A DNA stretch of 64,000 nucleotides. It comes from a virus (Duplodnaviria > Heunggongvirae > Uroviricota > Caudoviricetes). Location of the stretch: the IMG/VR virus record IMGVR_UViG_3300034156_000107, one strand, 5' to 3'. Of this stretch, positions 35,869 to 44,833 are shown piece by piece (the first letter of the stretch is position 1; each line of letters starts with the position of its first letter). Position numbers and translations under genes: made by a program. The notes beneath the pieces are model-generated. The model did no database searches. It had not been told where the DNA came from and saw only the letters and a list, made by a program, of their open reading frames with translations.

Positions 35869-35938
35869 CTGTTTGTAGTTCAGTTGGCAGAACTCCGTCG
35901 AAAAACGGTAGTCGTGGGTTCGAATCCCATCATACAGC
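35869..35938 (+). tRNA. tRNA-like element (canonical acceptor, D and T arms; truncated non-canonical anticodon arm)
   Basis: Acceptor CTGTTTG/CATACAG (6 bp + T.T). D-arm GTTC-AGTTGGCA-GAAC. T-arm GTGGG-TTCGAAT-CCCAT. Discriminator C. Only 20 nt sit between the D and T arms (4-bp stem CCGT/ACGG, 6-nt loop). No encoded CCA. Terminator at 35950. Confidence 0.5.
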
Positions 35939-35949
35939 CTTTATACACT

Positions 35950-35975
35950 AAGACCACTTTCGAGTGGTTTTTTTA
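35950..35975 (+). terminator. intrinsic terminator
   Basis: agaccactttcgagtggt followed by TTTTTTT. Confidence 0.7.
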
Positions 35976-36134
35976 TTGATTTTTTATATTATGTAATGAT
36001 AATCATTCTCATTTTTTTATTGACTTGACTTATTGCTGTGTTACACTATTGAATACTTTTCTATCATTATGATAAAGAATACTAAACGAATATAGATTGC
36101 GTTTTTTGCATCTAGCTATTAGGAGAATTAAATA

Positions 36135-36446
36135 ATGAAAAAGATAATGTTTGCCTGTTTACTGGTCGTCCCATTAACATCTATTGCGGTGATTGCTAAT
36201 ACCACTGATGTCATTAAATCCCGAAATGATCAGTTAGCCGAATTGGTTAAAGACTCATTTTACTCTGATGTGTCTCGTTTGAACTTGACGCCCGATCAAT
36301 ACACCACTATTGTTAGAAAAATCAGGACTACTAATGATGGGCTGACGACTGAAATTAAAGAAGTCCTTGATGATGACCAAAAAGATACATTTGAAACCAT
36401 TATGGAAGAGAAAAAAGCATCTATGGGTGATAAAATAGGCTTTTAA
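36135..36446 (+). CDS. small secreted protein
   Basis: Signal peptide MKKIMFACLLVVPLTSIAVIA; RBS aggaga. Confidence 0.65.
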   Translation: MKKIMFACLLVVPLTSIAVIANTTDVIKSRNDQLAELVKDSFYSDVSRLNLTPDQYTTIVRKIRTTNDGLTTEIKEVLDDDQKDTFETIMEEKKASMGDKIGF

Positions 36447-36633
36447 AATTTCAATAAATTTACTTACCTTAAAAAAGAAGCCTGCAATGGTTTCTTTTTA
36501 TTTTACTTTTATATAATTAATTTTTATAATAATATCTTTTTTTAGATTAATCATATATTTAAGAATCTCTCTTGCCTTTTTACTTTAATACTATTTAATA
36601 AGAAATAAACAGTTCATTAATTCTGAGGTAAAA

Positions 36634-37518
36634 ATGACAAAGAAATATATTTTAGTGCTAATTGCTCTATCCAGTTTAGGCACTATATCGCAAGCTGATT
36701 ATCAAATTAGAATTCCAATTCAACAGGCAATCTCTTTCAAGGATGTTACTTCTGGGGGTGGATCAGGCGGTAGTGGCGGCAATGGTAATGGTGGCAGCAA
36801 CGGTGGTGGTGGATTAGTTTTTACTGACCCTACTATATTAGCTGCTTATGAGGAAAAGTGTGGAGCATTTCCTAACAAAATAAATCCGTTGGCTGATCCT
36901 ATACGAGACTATGACATTAGTTGTGGTGATTATTCAAATAGAGATCTTTCTGGTTATGTGCTTGATAAAACAGGTATGCTTTTTACTAATTTTGCAAATT
37001 CAATATTAGATGGAGCTATATTAGGTGATTCTAGCTTGGCTAACAGTAATCTATCAGGAGCATCCTTAATAGGTGCTCAGTTTACCGTAAATGGCGAAAG
37101 CACTACATTAACGAATGCTGATATTAGTAATGCTAACTTAACAAATGCTTATATGAACAAATCATATTTAGAAAAAACTAATTTTACTGACTCTAATTTA
37201 ACAGGTGCTGTATTAACTAACACTAGTTTTGTTGGTGCAAACTTGAAAAATGCTAACTTAACGAATACTAATTTTGACACTTCCTATGTTATTGATACGA
37301 ATTTTACTAGTTCAAATTTTACAGGAGCCACATTAACTAATACTGCATTTATTAATACTAATTTTACTAACGCAAATTTGATTGGAGCTGATCTCAGCAC
37401 CAGTGCGTTCAGCAATGTTGATTTCACTAATATCTTGTATGATGCGACCACAAAATGGCCTTCATGGTACACACCACCACAATCTAGTAATGGATATCAG
37501 TTCACACCGCAATGGTAA
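36634..37518 (+). CDS. secreted pentapeptide-repeat protein with Gly-Ser linker
   Basis: Signal peptide, then the family motif ADYQIRIPIQQAISFKD. Linker GGGSGGSGGNGNGGSNGGGG. Long run of A(N/D)LxN/T pentapeptide repeats (NANLTNANLTNTNFD...). Confidence 0.8.
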   Translation: MTKKYILVLIALSSLGTISQADYQIRIPIQQAISFKDVTSGGGSGGSGGNGNGGSNGGGGLVFTDPTILAAYEEKCGAFPNKINPLADPIRDYDISCGDYSNRDLSGYVLDKTGMLFTNFANSILDGAILGDSSLANSNLSGASLIGAQFTVNGESTTLTNADISNANLTNAYMNKSYLEKTNFTDSNLTGAVLTNTSFVGANLKNANLTNTNFDTSYVIDTNFTSSNFTGATLTNTAFINTNFTNANLIGADLSTSAFSNVDFTNILYDATTKWPSWYTPPQSSNGYQFTPQW

Positions 37519-37697
37519 GAAAAAGATTGACAAATTTGAAAAAGTGTTGTCTAAAACAACAACCAAAATGATTGAGATCTTCAATTATCAACCATTTTGA
37601 ATAAGGCATTTTAACCAAATGTCTTATTTTTTTGTCTTAAGTTGCGTTGTTGAACCTTTTGGGCTAAAATATTTTTAAATTAACATGGGACTTTCTA

Positions 37698-38153
37698 ATG
37701 ATTTTAACTATCGAACTTGTACCTAAATCTTGCTGGTTTTCTAACTTGCGAGATCACCTCACGGAAGCACAATGGAAAGAAGTCAAGCTTAGCACATTTA
37801 AGGCTGCAGATAATCGTTGTGAAATCTGTCATGGTGTTGGGGATAAGTGGCCGGTAGAATGCCATGAGGTTTGGGAATATGACGATATCAATAAGGTACA
37901 GCGTCTGGCAAGAACTGTTGCTCTTTGCCCATCATGTCATCAAGTTAAGCATATAGGTATGGCGATGGTTACTGGTCGTTACAATCATGCAAAATCACAT
38001 TTCTCAGCTATCAATAAAGTCCCTATGAGACAAGCAGAACGCTATATTGATAAAGCCTTCAACTTGTTTAATGACCGATCAAAGTTTGAATGGACACTAG
38101 ACATTTCTTGGATTAACCAAAACTTCGGATTCACTATTAAAGAAAAACGTTAA
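37698..38153 (+). CDS. HNH-like zinc-finger protein (possible small nuclease)
   Basis: CEICHG...ECHEVWEY...N...CPSCHQVKH matches the CxxC...H...N...CxxC..H HNH layout. Confidence 0.45.
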   Translation: MILTIELVPKSCWFSNLRDHLTEAQWKEVKLSTFKAADNRCEICHGVGDKWPVECHEVWEYDDINKVQRLARTVALCPSCHQVKHIGMAMVTGRYNHAKSHFSAINKVPMRQAERYIDKAFNLFNDRSKFEWTLDISWINQNFGFTIKEKR

Positions 38154-38215
38154 TATATTGACTTTTTAAAGACTTTAAATAAACTATAGTAATAACATTT
38201 TGGAGTATTAGTATT

Positions 38216-38500
38216 ATGTTTTTTTCTTTATTTTTAATATCTTATTTGATAGCAAGTTTAACATTAAGTATCGTTTATTATGACTATTATGCTGCATTTT
38301 ATTTGGTTGCTGTTAATCTTATCATGATGATATTAATTATGAAAGATAGAATCTTTGTTAATTTATACAAAAAATTAGAGAAAAAAGATCCTTCTATTTC
38401 AATAGGTCTAGGCATTTTTCAGTGTGTCTACATGATTTTAATTTTGCCTATTCTTTTCTTTAAAATCATGACAAGTATTGTTTCATATTTTGTTTCTTGA
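38216..38500 (+). CDS. small membrane protein
   Basis: Three hydrophobic helices; AT-rich. Confidence 0.5.
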   Translation: MFFSLFLISYLIASLTLSIVYYDYYAAFYLVAVNLIMMILIMKDRIFVNLYKKLEKKDPSISIGLGIFQCVYMILILPILFFKIMTSIVSYFVS

Positions 38501-38581
38501 TTAAAAAAAAATACGATATTGCTTGCCCCAAAATCATATTCTTGATAGAATAGTCTCATCAAAACCTAGAAGGTGATTGTT

Positions 38582-38815
38582 ATGACTATCCGTTCCCGTG
38601 AAGAAATGGCTCGAAAAGTTCAAATTGACCTCGGAGGTCAATCAGGAAATTCTTTTGCCCTTATGGCTATTGCCGAAAATATCGGTAAGCAACTGGGTGT
38701 TCCGAAAGATGAGCGTGATTCTATTACCAAGGACATGATGTCAAGTGACTACGAACATCTGGTTGCCACACTGGAAAAGCATTACGGTGATTATATCGAC
38801 ATTTACGAGGTGTAA
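38582..38815 (+). CDS. hypothetical protein
   Basis: Promoter tcttgatagaat and RBS aaggtga; ATG at 38582 in frame with track ORF 38573. Confidence 0.6.
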   Translation: MTIRSREEMARKVQIDLGGQSGNSFALMAIAENIGKQLGVPKDERDSITKDMMSSDYEHLVATLEKHYGDYIDIYEV

Positions 38816-38914
38816 TCTATTTTTTAGTGTGGTTTTCACTTAAAAATGATAGCCACACTCATAAAACTCTGTTATAATACATCTACACAATCAGCAAGAG
38901 CAAGGATATAAATC

Positions 38915-39238
38915 ATGTTCCCTCATTCAATCGTCACTGCCGATGTCATCAAGGTTGACTACGACTCAGCTAAGTTCGTGGTTGATGGGAAAAATGGAAA
39001 AGAAGAAGTGGCTACACGCTTTTTCTGCACCATCCTTGTTCGGGGTGGTTTCATCTTCCGCCATACCAGTCAACTGCTGGATGAGGTAACCGCCTCCAAT
39101 GTCACCGAAAAGATTTACTCCCATGTCTTCAATGACAAGGGCACTGTAAATATGAAATTTTGGCAAGAATACCAATCGACATCCAGCACGCCACTGCTTG
39201 AAAAAATGCAGCTTGAAGCTCATCTCGAAACAGCGTAA
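38915..39238 (+). CDS. hypothetical protein
   Basis: Promoter ctgttataat and RBS aaggat. Confidence 0.65.
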   Translation: MFPHSIVTADVIKVDYDSAKFVVDGKNGKEEVATRFFCTILVRGGFIFRHTSQLLDEVTASNVTEKIYSHVFNDKGTVNMKFWQEYQSTSSTPLLEKMQLEAHLETA

Positions 39239-39290
39239 ACTACTACTTCTTTGGGAGTGTTAAACTCCCACATCTCTTTTAAGGATTACC

Positions 39291-39689
39291 ATGACACAAG
39301 TTACTCAGCTAGAACGCGAAGTTATCTCCAGTATTGCAAAACTGGGCTATCGTTCAGTCAAGACCTCCGAAATTCACACCATTTCTGACATCATTAAAAA
39401 AGCACAAGTGAATGCCGTTCTGTTGAACTTGAAACGGAAAGGCATGGTTACTATTATGGTTGATGGCATTGCTTCGCTTACCGTCCAAGGGCTTAACTCT
39501 TTCAACACCAACTATGGTGAGCAAGCCATTTCTGATGTTCAAAGTGCTCATAATGCTAAAATGCTCTTTGGTCGCCCGATGAGCCGTAATGAATTGACAT
39601 TTGTGAACAAGTGCATCGACATTCGTAATCAGGGTGTCAAAGTAGGTAAAACCATCAAAGGGATTAAGGTATGGCTCAACCGCCGTTAA
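39291..39689 (+). CDS. hypothetical protein, possible winged-helix DNA-binding fold
   Basis: RBS aaggat; helix-rich N-terminus; terminator at 39706-39737. Confidence 0.65.
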   Translation: MTQVTQLEREVISSIAKLGYRSVKTSEIHTISDIIKKAQVNAVLLNLKRKGMVTIMVDGIASLTVQGLNSFNTNYGEQAISDVQSAHNAKMLFGRPMSRNELTFVNKCIDIRNQGVKVGKTIKGIKVWLNRR

Positions 39690-39793
39690 TTTGACGGTTA
39701 CTGTAAAAAAAGAGAAGCTTAGGCTTCTTTTTTTTGTACATTTTGTTTATACATTTTGTTAAGTCATATAATTGACACATATGAAATTACTTG

Positions 39794-39806
39794 TATTATA
39801 GTATTA
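39794..39806 (+). promoter_or_regulatory. TATTATAGTATTA upstream motif (secreted-gene class)
   Basis: The same 13-mer as at 6086, 19 nt before the ATG at 39825. Confidence 0.35.
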
Positions 39807-39824
39807 ACAATAATAATAAAAATC

Positions 39825-40769
39825 ATGTACATTAAAAAATTGCTCTTAGTTCCTGCACTTTCATTGTTAGGAATGAATTCTTTCGCAGAATATCAAATAC
39901 AATATCCAGATGTTCCCGTTATCTTTAAAGATCTTGGTAAATGGGTTCCGGCTAATCCTATAATCTCTACTTGGGTTAATGTAGGCACTCCACATGATTG
40001 TCAAAGTGCTTCGCCACTTGAGAACACACAACAACTGGGTTTGTCATATGAAAAAACATTTTCAGGCTGCAAACAAGCACAAGAAAGAACTGTAACTACT
40101 TCTGAAAAACAGACGTTTACAGGTGCTGTTCGTAATCAAGTGAGCACAAAAGAAACACAAGTGTTAACTAATGCTAGTTATAAAGTTAATTCTATTGGAA
40201 CTACTGATTTTGGTCAATGGTTACAAACTGCTCCAGTTTATACAGGTTGGGTAAATCTTGAATCTCCACATGATTGTACAAGTGCTATACCACTTGAAAA
40301 TACACAAACACTTAATTCAACTTATGTAAAAACATTTTCTGGTTGCACACAGTCACAGGAACGCACTGTCACAACTTCTGAAAAGAATACTGTTACAGGT
40401 GTTGTTCGTAACGTAGTTAATACTAAGGAAAATCAAGTTCTCACTAATGTAACTTATACTGCAAATGCAATAGGAACAAAGGTTGTTAAAGAATGTGGTT
40501 ACTCAGCAGTCAGTGGACATGCTTACAGATGGTATGATATTGCCACTTATGATGGTTATACAACTACTTATGGAATGGGGTTACAATGGGATGGTTCTAC
40601 TAAAATTGATACCACAAACATTAGTAAGACTTACCCTAAAGCAGCAACTTTTGTGAATGGTGGTTATACTTATACTCGCGGTGCATTTAAAGAAAAAGGT
40701 TCACATTATGACGGTCTACGTTCATACTATTATTACTATGAAGTGTGTAGAGAACCAATTGCACCATAA
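39825..40769 (+). CDS. secreted modular repeat protein (2 repeats, C-terminal YYYYEVCREP domain)
   Basis: Signal peptide MYIKKLLLVPALSLLGMNSFA, then the family motif EYQIQYPDVPVIFKD. Repeats contain PHDC(Q/T)SA(S/I)PLENTQ...SGC(K/T)Q(A/S)QERTVTTSEK. C-terminus GGYTYTRG...YYYYEVCREPIAP. Confidence 0.75.
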   Translation: MYIKKLLLVPALSLLGMNSFAEYQIQYPDVPVIFKDLGKWVPANPIISTWVNVGTPHDCQSASPLENTQQLGLSYEKTFSGCKQAQERTVTTSEKQTFTGAVRNQVSTKETQVLTNASYKVNSIGTTDFGQWLQTAPVYTGWVNLESPHDCTSAIPLENTQTLNSTYVKTFSGCTQSQERTVTTSEKNTVTGVVRNVVNTKENQVLTNVTYTANAIGTKVVKECGYSAVSGHAYRWYDIATYDGYTTTYGMGLQWDGSTKIDTTNISKTYPKAATFVNGGYTYTRGAFKEKGSHYDGLRSYYYYYEVCREPIAP

Positions 40770-40779
40770 TTGAAAAACA

Positions 40780-40806
40780 AAAAGAAGCTTCGGCTTCTTT
40801 TTTCTT
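40780..40806 (+). terminator. intrinsic terminator
   Basis: aaagaagcttcggcttcttttttc. Confidence 0.75.
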
Positions 40807-40895
40807 GCTTAAAATAAGATTTTTAGGTATAATGACCTTATTGAAATCCACTATAAATATTGCCGAAAGGCATACTTTTAAAACGGAATATTAAC

Positions 40896-41396
40896 ATGAC
40901 AGAAACTACAGCAGAATATCAGAAAATCCGCAGTGATGTGCTCAGCCACCTTCGCCGGAAAGGTTACTACACCCAACCCAGTGTTCGGGCGTATCCTGTC
41001 ACCATTCAAGTCCTTAAAGATTTGATTGCAGAACGATTGGTTACTGAGAATGAGCAATACACTGGTAGTCAACGGTTGTTTAATTCCACTGATCTGATGC
41101 CTTCGACGGTGGTGGTTCGTAAGCAGTTTGTTCAAAATCTCAAAGCTGGTAATTATTTTGGTCATTCTGGTGAGTTTGTTTCTGCTTTGAATGAACGCTT
41201 TGATGAAGTTAATAACAAAAGCTTTTTAAAAGTGGGTGTTGTTGCCGCTGTTGAAGTCAAATACATACCTAAGAACTTATGGGAAAAGCTGATTGGTCAT
41301 AAGACTGAGCAGGCTGTTTTCATTACTTTGAATGATGGTAAAATCATCAAAACATTTTACAACAACATTTACCAAGTTGTTCGCACTCACCCCTAA
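40896..41396 (+). CDS. hypothetical protein
   Basis: Promoter ttaggtataat. ATG at 40896 (MTETTAEYQK...) is in frame with the TTG-start track ORF 40860. Confidence 0.6.
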   Translation: MTETTAEYQKIRSDVLSHLRRKGYYTQPSVRAYPVTIQVLKDLIAERLVTENEQYTGSQRLFNSTDLMPSTVVVRKQFVQNLKAGNYFGHSGEFVSALNERFDEVNNKSFLKVGVVAAVEVKYIPKNLWEKLIGHKTEQAVFITLNDGKIIKTFYNNIYQVVRTHP

Positions 41397-41463
41397 ATAA
41401 AAGACTTGCCTGAAAACAAGATTTTTGCTAATATAGCGTTATCAAAATCAAGGAGTTACAAAC

Positions 41464-41868
41464 ATGCATCCAGTAGACGCCCAACTCATTAAAGACCACG
41501 GCAATGTTTCCGATGACTATGAGACTTGGGTTTCCAGTAACGGTGTCGATGACTTCGTTAAAACCGAATTTACGTGCGGCAATTGCTTCATGCTTGCTTT
41601 GGCACTCCATTACAAAACTCAGTGGCCTATCAAGGCTAAAATGATTGATGGTGATGTTGTTCACTGCTACGTTGTGAACCCAGACGGTAAAGCGGTTGAT
41701 ATTTACGGTGTCCGTCCTACTGAACAGGCTCCGACTCGTTATGACGCGGACTTGACAGAAGGCTTCACGGTTATCGACGCTCGCCCAGAAACGCCTTGGC
41801 CTTCGAACAAAGACTACCAGTGGGCAGAAGAACTGGTAAGCAAGTTCCCGGCTCACTTCGGTCTGTAA
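41464..41868 (+). CDS. hypothetical protein (ordered Cys...His...Asp residues; possible small peptidase-like fold)
   Basis: RBS aaggag. CGNCFMLALALH ... VVHCY ... DIYG. Terminator at 41881-41908. Confidence 0.65.
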   Translation: MHPVDAQLIKDHGNVSDDYETWVSSNGVDDFVKTEFTCGNCFMLALALHYKTQWPIKAKMIDGDVVHCYVVNPDGKAVDIYGVRPTEQAPTRYDADLTEGFTVIDARPETPWPSNKDYQWAEELVSKFPAHFGL

Positions 41869-41997
41869 TTCAATTTGTCAAAAGACGCCTTTCGAGGCGT
41901 TTTTTTCCTCTAACTCATCAAAATATTTAAAATAAGTGTTGTTCATCAGATTGTTATTCGGTATAATTCACACATTAACTAGAACGGAATAAATACT

Positions 41998-42282
41998 ATG
42001 CAAACCACTATCAAGTTCAAAGAAAACGCTGACCAAACCAAACTGAAATCTATCAAGGTTTCCAGCGACCAATTCCATGAAATGTCGGATACTCAGCAAA
42101 TCATGGTAGACATTCGCCAGTTGGTATTGAAAACCGTTGATCAGACTGTTCCTGACTATGCTGATAAGTTGGTCATCGAAGACCTTGAAACGGCTGCAAA
42201 CAAAATTCGTCTGCACTTCGTTGATATGCGTCAATACATGCTTAAAGACGAAGATTTGGCTGACAATAGCGATTACCTGTAA
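41998..42282 (+). CDS. hypothetical protein
   Basis: Promoter ttcggtataat; 94 aa. Confidence 0.65.
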   Translation: MQTTIKFKENADQTKLKSIKVSSDQFHEMSDTQQIMVDIRQLVLKTVDQTVPDYADKLVIEDLETAANKIRLHFVDMRQYMLKDEDLADNSDYL

Positions 42283-42319
42283 TCGCTTTTAACCCTCTCA
42301 TTTTCTGTATAGGTGTACT

Positions 42320-42844
42320 ATGAATCAGCCAGATATTCAACTTGTCACATCCAAAATCACCATGCTCTTGAAGGTTGTTGAAAATATCCAAGGCGTTAGT
42401 CTGAAAGGGTGTTTCTTGGACATTGCTAAATTGCGTGGCTTTTTGGCTGACTCTGATTATTCCAGTGCGTTGTCTTATGTTATCCATACACAAGAAACCA
42501 TCGCAAGTTTCAAACCGCATTTGGACATTGTTCAGATTTTTGAAAAAATTGAACGATATCTTTTGATTAACCTGCTTTATTTTGAACGTTATTATCAACA
42601 AGATATGGCTTATATTGTTATTGATACTTACGAAGCAGTTTCTCGTTACTCTCGAGAGTTCCAACTGGCAATGGAATATGAAGATACAGAGATTAAACGC
42701 AAAGCATTGAACGAAGTGATTGAAGGTCTTCAGGCCGATCCCTTCAAAGGCAGTGACATGATTATCACGTTGATTAATCTTCTTCTGGATTCCAACGAAC
42801 GAGTAGGTCCACTGCTGAGCCGTGTTAATAAGGATTTAGCTTAA
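42320..42844 (+). CDS. hypothetical protein
   Basis: 174 aa ORF. Confidence 0.65.
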   Translation: MNQPDIQLVTSKITMLLKVVENIQGVSLKGCFLDIAKLRGFLADSDYSSALSYVIHTQETIASFKPHLDIVQIFEKIERYLLINLLYFERYYQQDMAYIVIDTYEAVSRYSREFQLAMEYEDTEIKRKALNEVIEGLQADPFKGSDMIITLINLLLDSNERVGPLLSRVNKDLA

Positions 42845-42950
42845 TATCATTGTCGAATAGATTGATTTTTTTATTCTAAAAACTTGTTTATGATAGGTGA
42901 CAGTGTTATAATTGTCTCTCTTAAACGAAATCAACCAAGGATACAAGACC

Positions 42951-43178
42951 ATGAAAGAATTGACCTCCTTCGAATTCTACAAAGCCCGTCAAGAACTGCC
43001 AGTCGGTGCTTATCGCGTTATTGAAGAAGATGAAACTGTCAGTATTGCAGTGGTTGAATCTCACGATATTAAATGGTTTGACGAAGACGAATATCTTGAA
43101 ATTGAACGCCGCGAATGTGAAGATCGCATGTGGGCTAATGATGGCATGGACTTGATTTACGGCTGCGAAGAAGACTAA
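42951..43178 (+). CDS. hypothetical acidic protein
   Basis: Promoter tgttataat and RBS aaggat; ATG at 42951 in frame with track ORF 42912. Confidence 0.6.
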   Translation: MKELTSFEFYKARQELPVGAYRVIEEDETVSIAVVESHDIKWFDEDEYLEIERRECEDRMWANDGMDLIYGCEED

Positions 43179-43274
43179 TTTAAGAAACAAATTGAAAAAG
43201 CTCAGAAATGGGCTTTTTTTTCGTCTCTAATACTGCTATACTTGCGTTATCAAAACTTATTAAGGAAAACATTC

Positions 43275-43907
43275 ATGTCGCTTACTCAAATCATTGAAGC
43301 TGTTCAGGCATCTCAGAAAACCCAACAAGAAATCCGTTCACAGTTGCTGCCAGTTTCTGATGCTCAAACGGTGTTCTTTGATGATCAAGACACTACCATC
43401 TCTTTGCTGGAAATAGCCGAATCCCTGAGTTGTTCGGATGATTCTGGTTTGTCTGATAAAGCTGTTGACATGCGTGATGAAATTGTCGCTTTGTTGAAAG
43501 CTTATAATGATGAAGTGGAAGAATGTGTTAAAGAAAATAGCACTTACAATGCCGGTATTCATGGCAAAGAACGTCTTGAAGTGCTGAACATGGAAAAAAT
43601 TGTAGCGACTGCTCAAGAAAAAGCATTGACCATGAAAGTGCAAATCAACACCCTCAAATTTACAGATGAACACATGAAGGCGTTCCGCGAAATTTATTTC
43701 GAACTCGGTGTTACTCACTTCTTGAAAGAAGAACTCCGTGATGTGATCTACTTCGACCCAAAAGTAAGCCCTTATCTGCGAGATCTTATTGCAGAACGCT
43801 TCTTGGTGCGGTTTCCTGACTATGTAAATCCAAAAGGTTATATGAATGTGACTTCCGTTGACTTCATTAACCACCTTGAACGTATTCAGAAGGCTGCTGT
43901 TAATTAA
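43275..43907 (+). CDS. hypothetical protein
   Basis: Promoter gctatact and RBS aaggaaa. Start moved to ATG 43275. Terminator at 43927-43951. Confidence 0.7.
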   Translation: MSLTQIIEAVQASQKTQQEIRSQLLPVSDAQTVFFDDQDTTISLLEIAESLSCSDDSGLSDKAVDMRDEIVALLKAYNDEVEECVKENSTYNAGIHGKERLEVLNMEKIVATAQEKALTMKVQINTLKFTDEHMKAFREIYFELGVTHFLKEELRDVIYFDPKVSPYLRDLIAERFLVRFPDYVNPKGYMNVTSVDFINHLERIQKAAVN

Positions 43908-43993
43908 AAGAATACATGTATCAATTAAAGGGCTTCGGCCCTTTTTTTTATTTCTAATTTATGGTATATTACACGTCTTAATGGGAGATTTTT

Positions 43994-44230
43994 ATGTCAA
44001 ATAATGGTTGGACAGAGGTTGTTCCACAAGAAGTTGGTTCATATTACTTCTATGGTGATATTTCGTTTAAAAAAGATGATCCAAATTTTAAAGCAGAACT
44101 TTCAATTTTACACATCCATAAAATTTCGAATGGCATCATGCATGTGATTGCGGGTCAGTTCTTTTTTCCTGATGACAACGGTGGTTATGGTTTGTTTAAA
44201 AAAGTTGATTTGGATCTTCCAAAGTTGTAA
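43994..44230 (+). CDS. hypothetical protein
   Basis: Promoter atggtatat and RBS gggag. Confidence 0.6.
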   Translation: MSNNGWTEVVPQEVGSYYFYGDISFKKDDPNFKAELSILHIHKISNGIMHVIAGQFFFPDDNGGYGLFKKVDLDLPKL

Positions 44231-44257
44231 GACGCATTTAACTTAGGAGTTATTGTT

Positions 44258-44752
44258 ATGTTAGAAGTCATTAAAAATTCTATGATTACAAGTTATTCAA
44301 GCATGTTAAAAACTCCTGATATGTCTTTGGTTATTGGCGATTTATCCAATAATGAGTTTGATATTGTTACTCTTGAAGAACTTTCCACGTTATTTGAAGA
44401 AGATAATGGTCAAGACTTGATGTTAGGGCTATTTGATCACGCAGTTGCAACAGATGTATTTAAGTTGTTTACAAGTGAAACTTATTTGAACGCATTAGAA
44501 GGTTCGGGTGATTTGGTGTTTGTTGGTCGCTATCATTTGGGTGAGCAAGACCTTATTATTTGGTCTGAAACCAATGCTACTGGTCAGGAATTACTTTCAG
44601 AACAGTTTGAAGTTCTTCATGATTTTATCTATATTTCTAGTTTTTTTGTGAATAAAGCTATGTTGGATGATAAAACAAATGAATTCAATGATAATTTCAT
44701 TGAATGCCCTCAAATTAAAGAAGCTTTGTATAAAGTCATTCTTGACGAATAA
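44258..44752 (+). CDS. hypothetical acidic protein
   Basis: RBS taggag; 164 aa. Confidence 0.7.
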   Translation: MLEVIKNSMITSYSSMLKTPDMSLVIGDLSNNEFDIVTLEELSTLFEEDNGQDLMLGLFDHAVATDVFKLFTSETYLNALEGSGDLVFVGRYHLGEQDLIIWSETNATGQELLSEQFEVLHDFIYISSFFVNKAMLDDKTNEFNDNFIECPQIKEALYKVILDE

Positions 44753-44833
44753 TGGTAATTTGAAAAAAAGCTGTTTAAAAATCAATTTTTTGTGCTATAA
44801 TAGCTTCACTTAAATATAAACAGGATTTTCCAA

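Noticed and set aside
35869-35938. Frameshift-suppressor tRNA with 8-nt anticodon loop
   Set aside because: A 3-bp stem with 8-nt loop (CCG-TCGAAAAA-CGG) is possible, but the region is 2-3 nt too short overall. It is reported only as a tRNA-like element with a degenerate anticodon arm.
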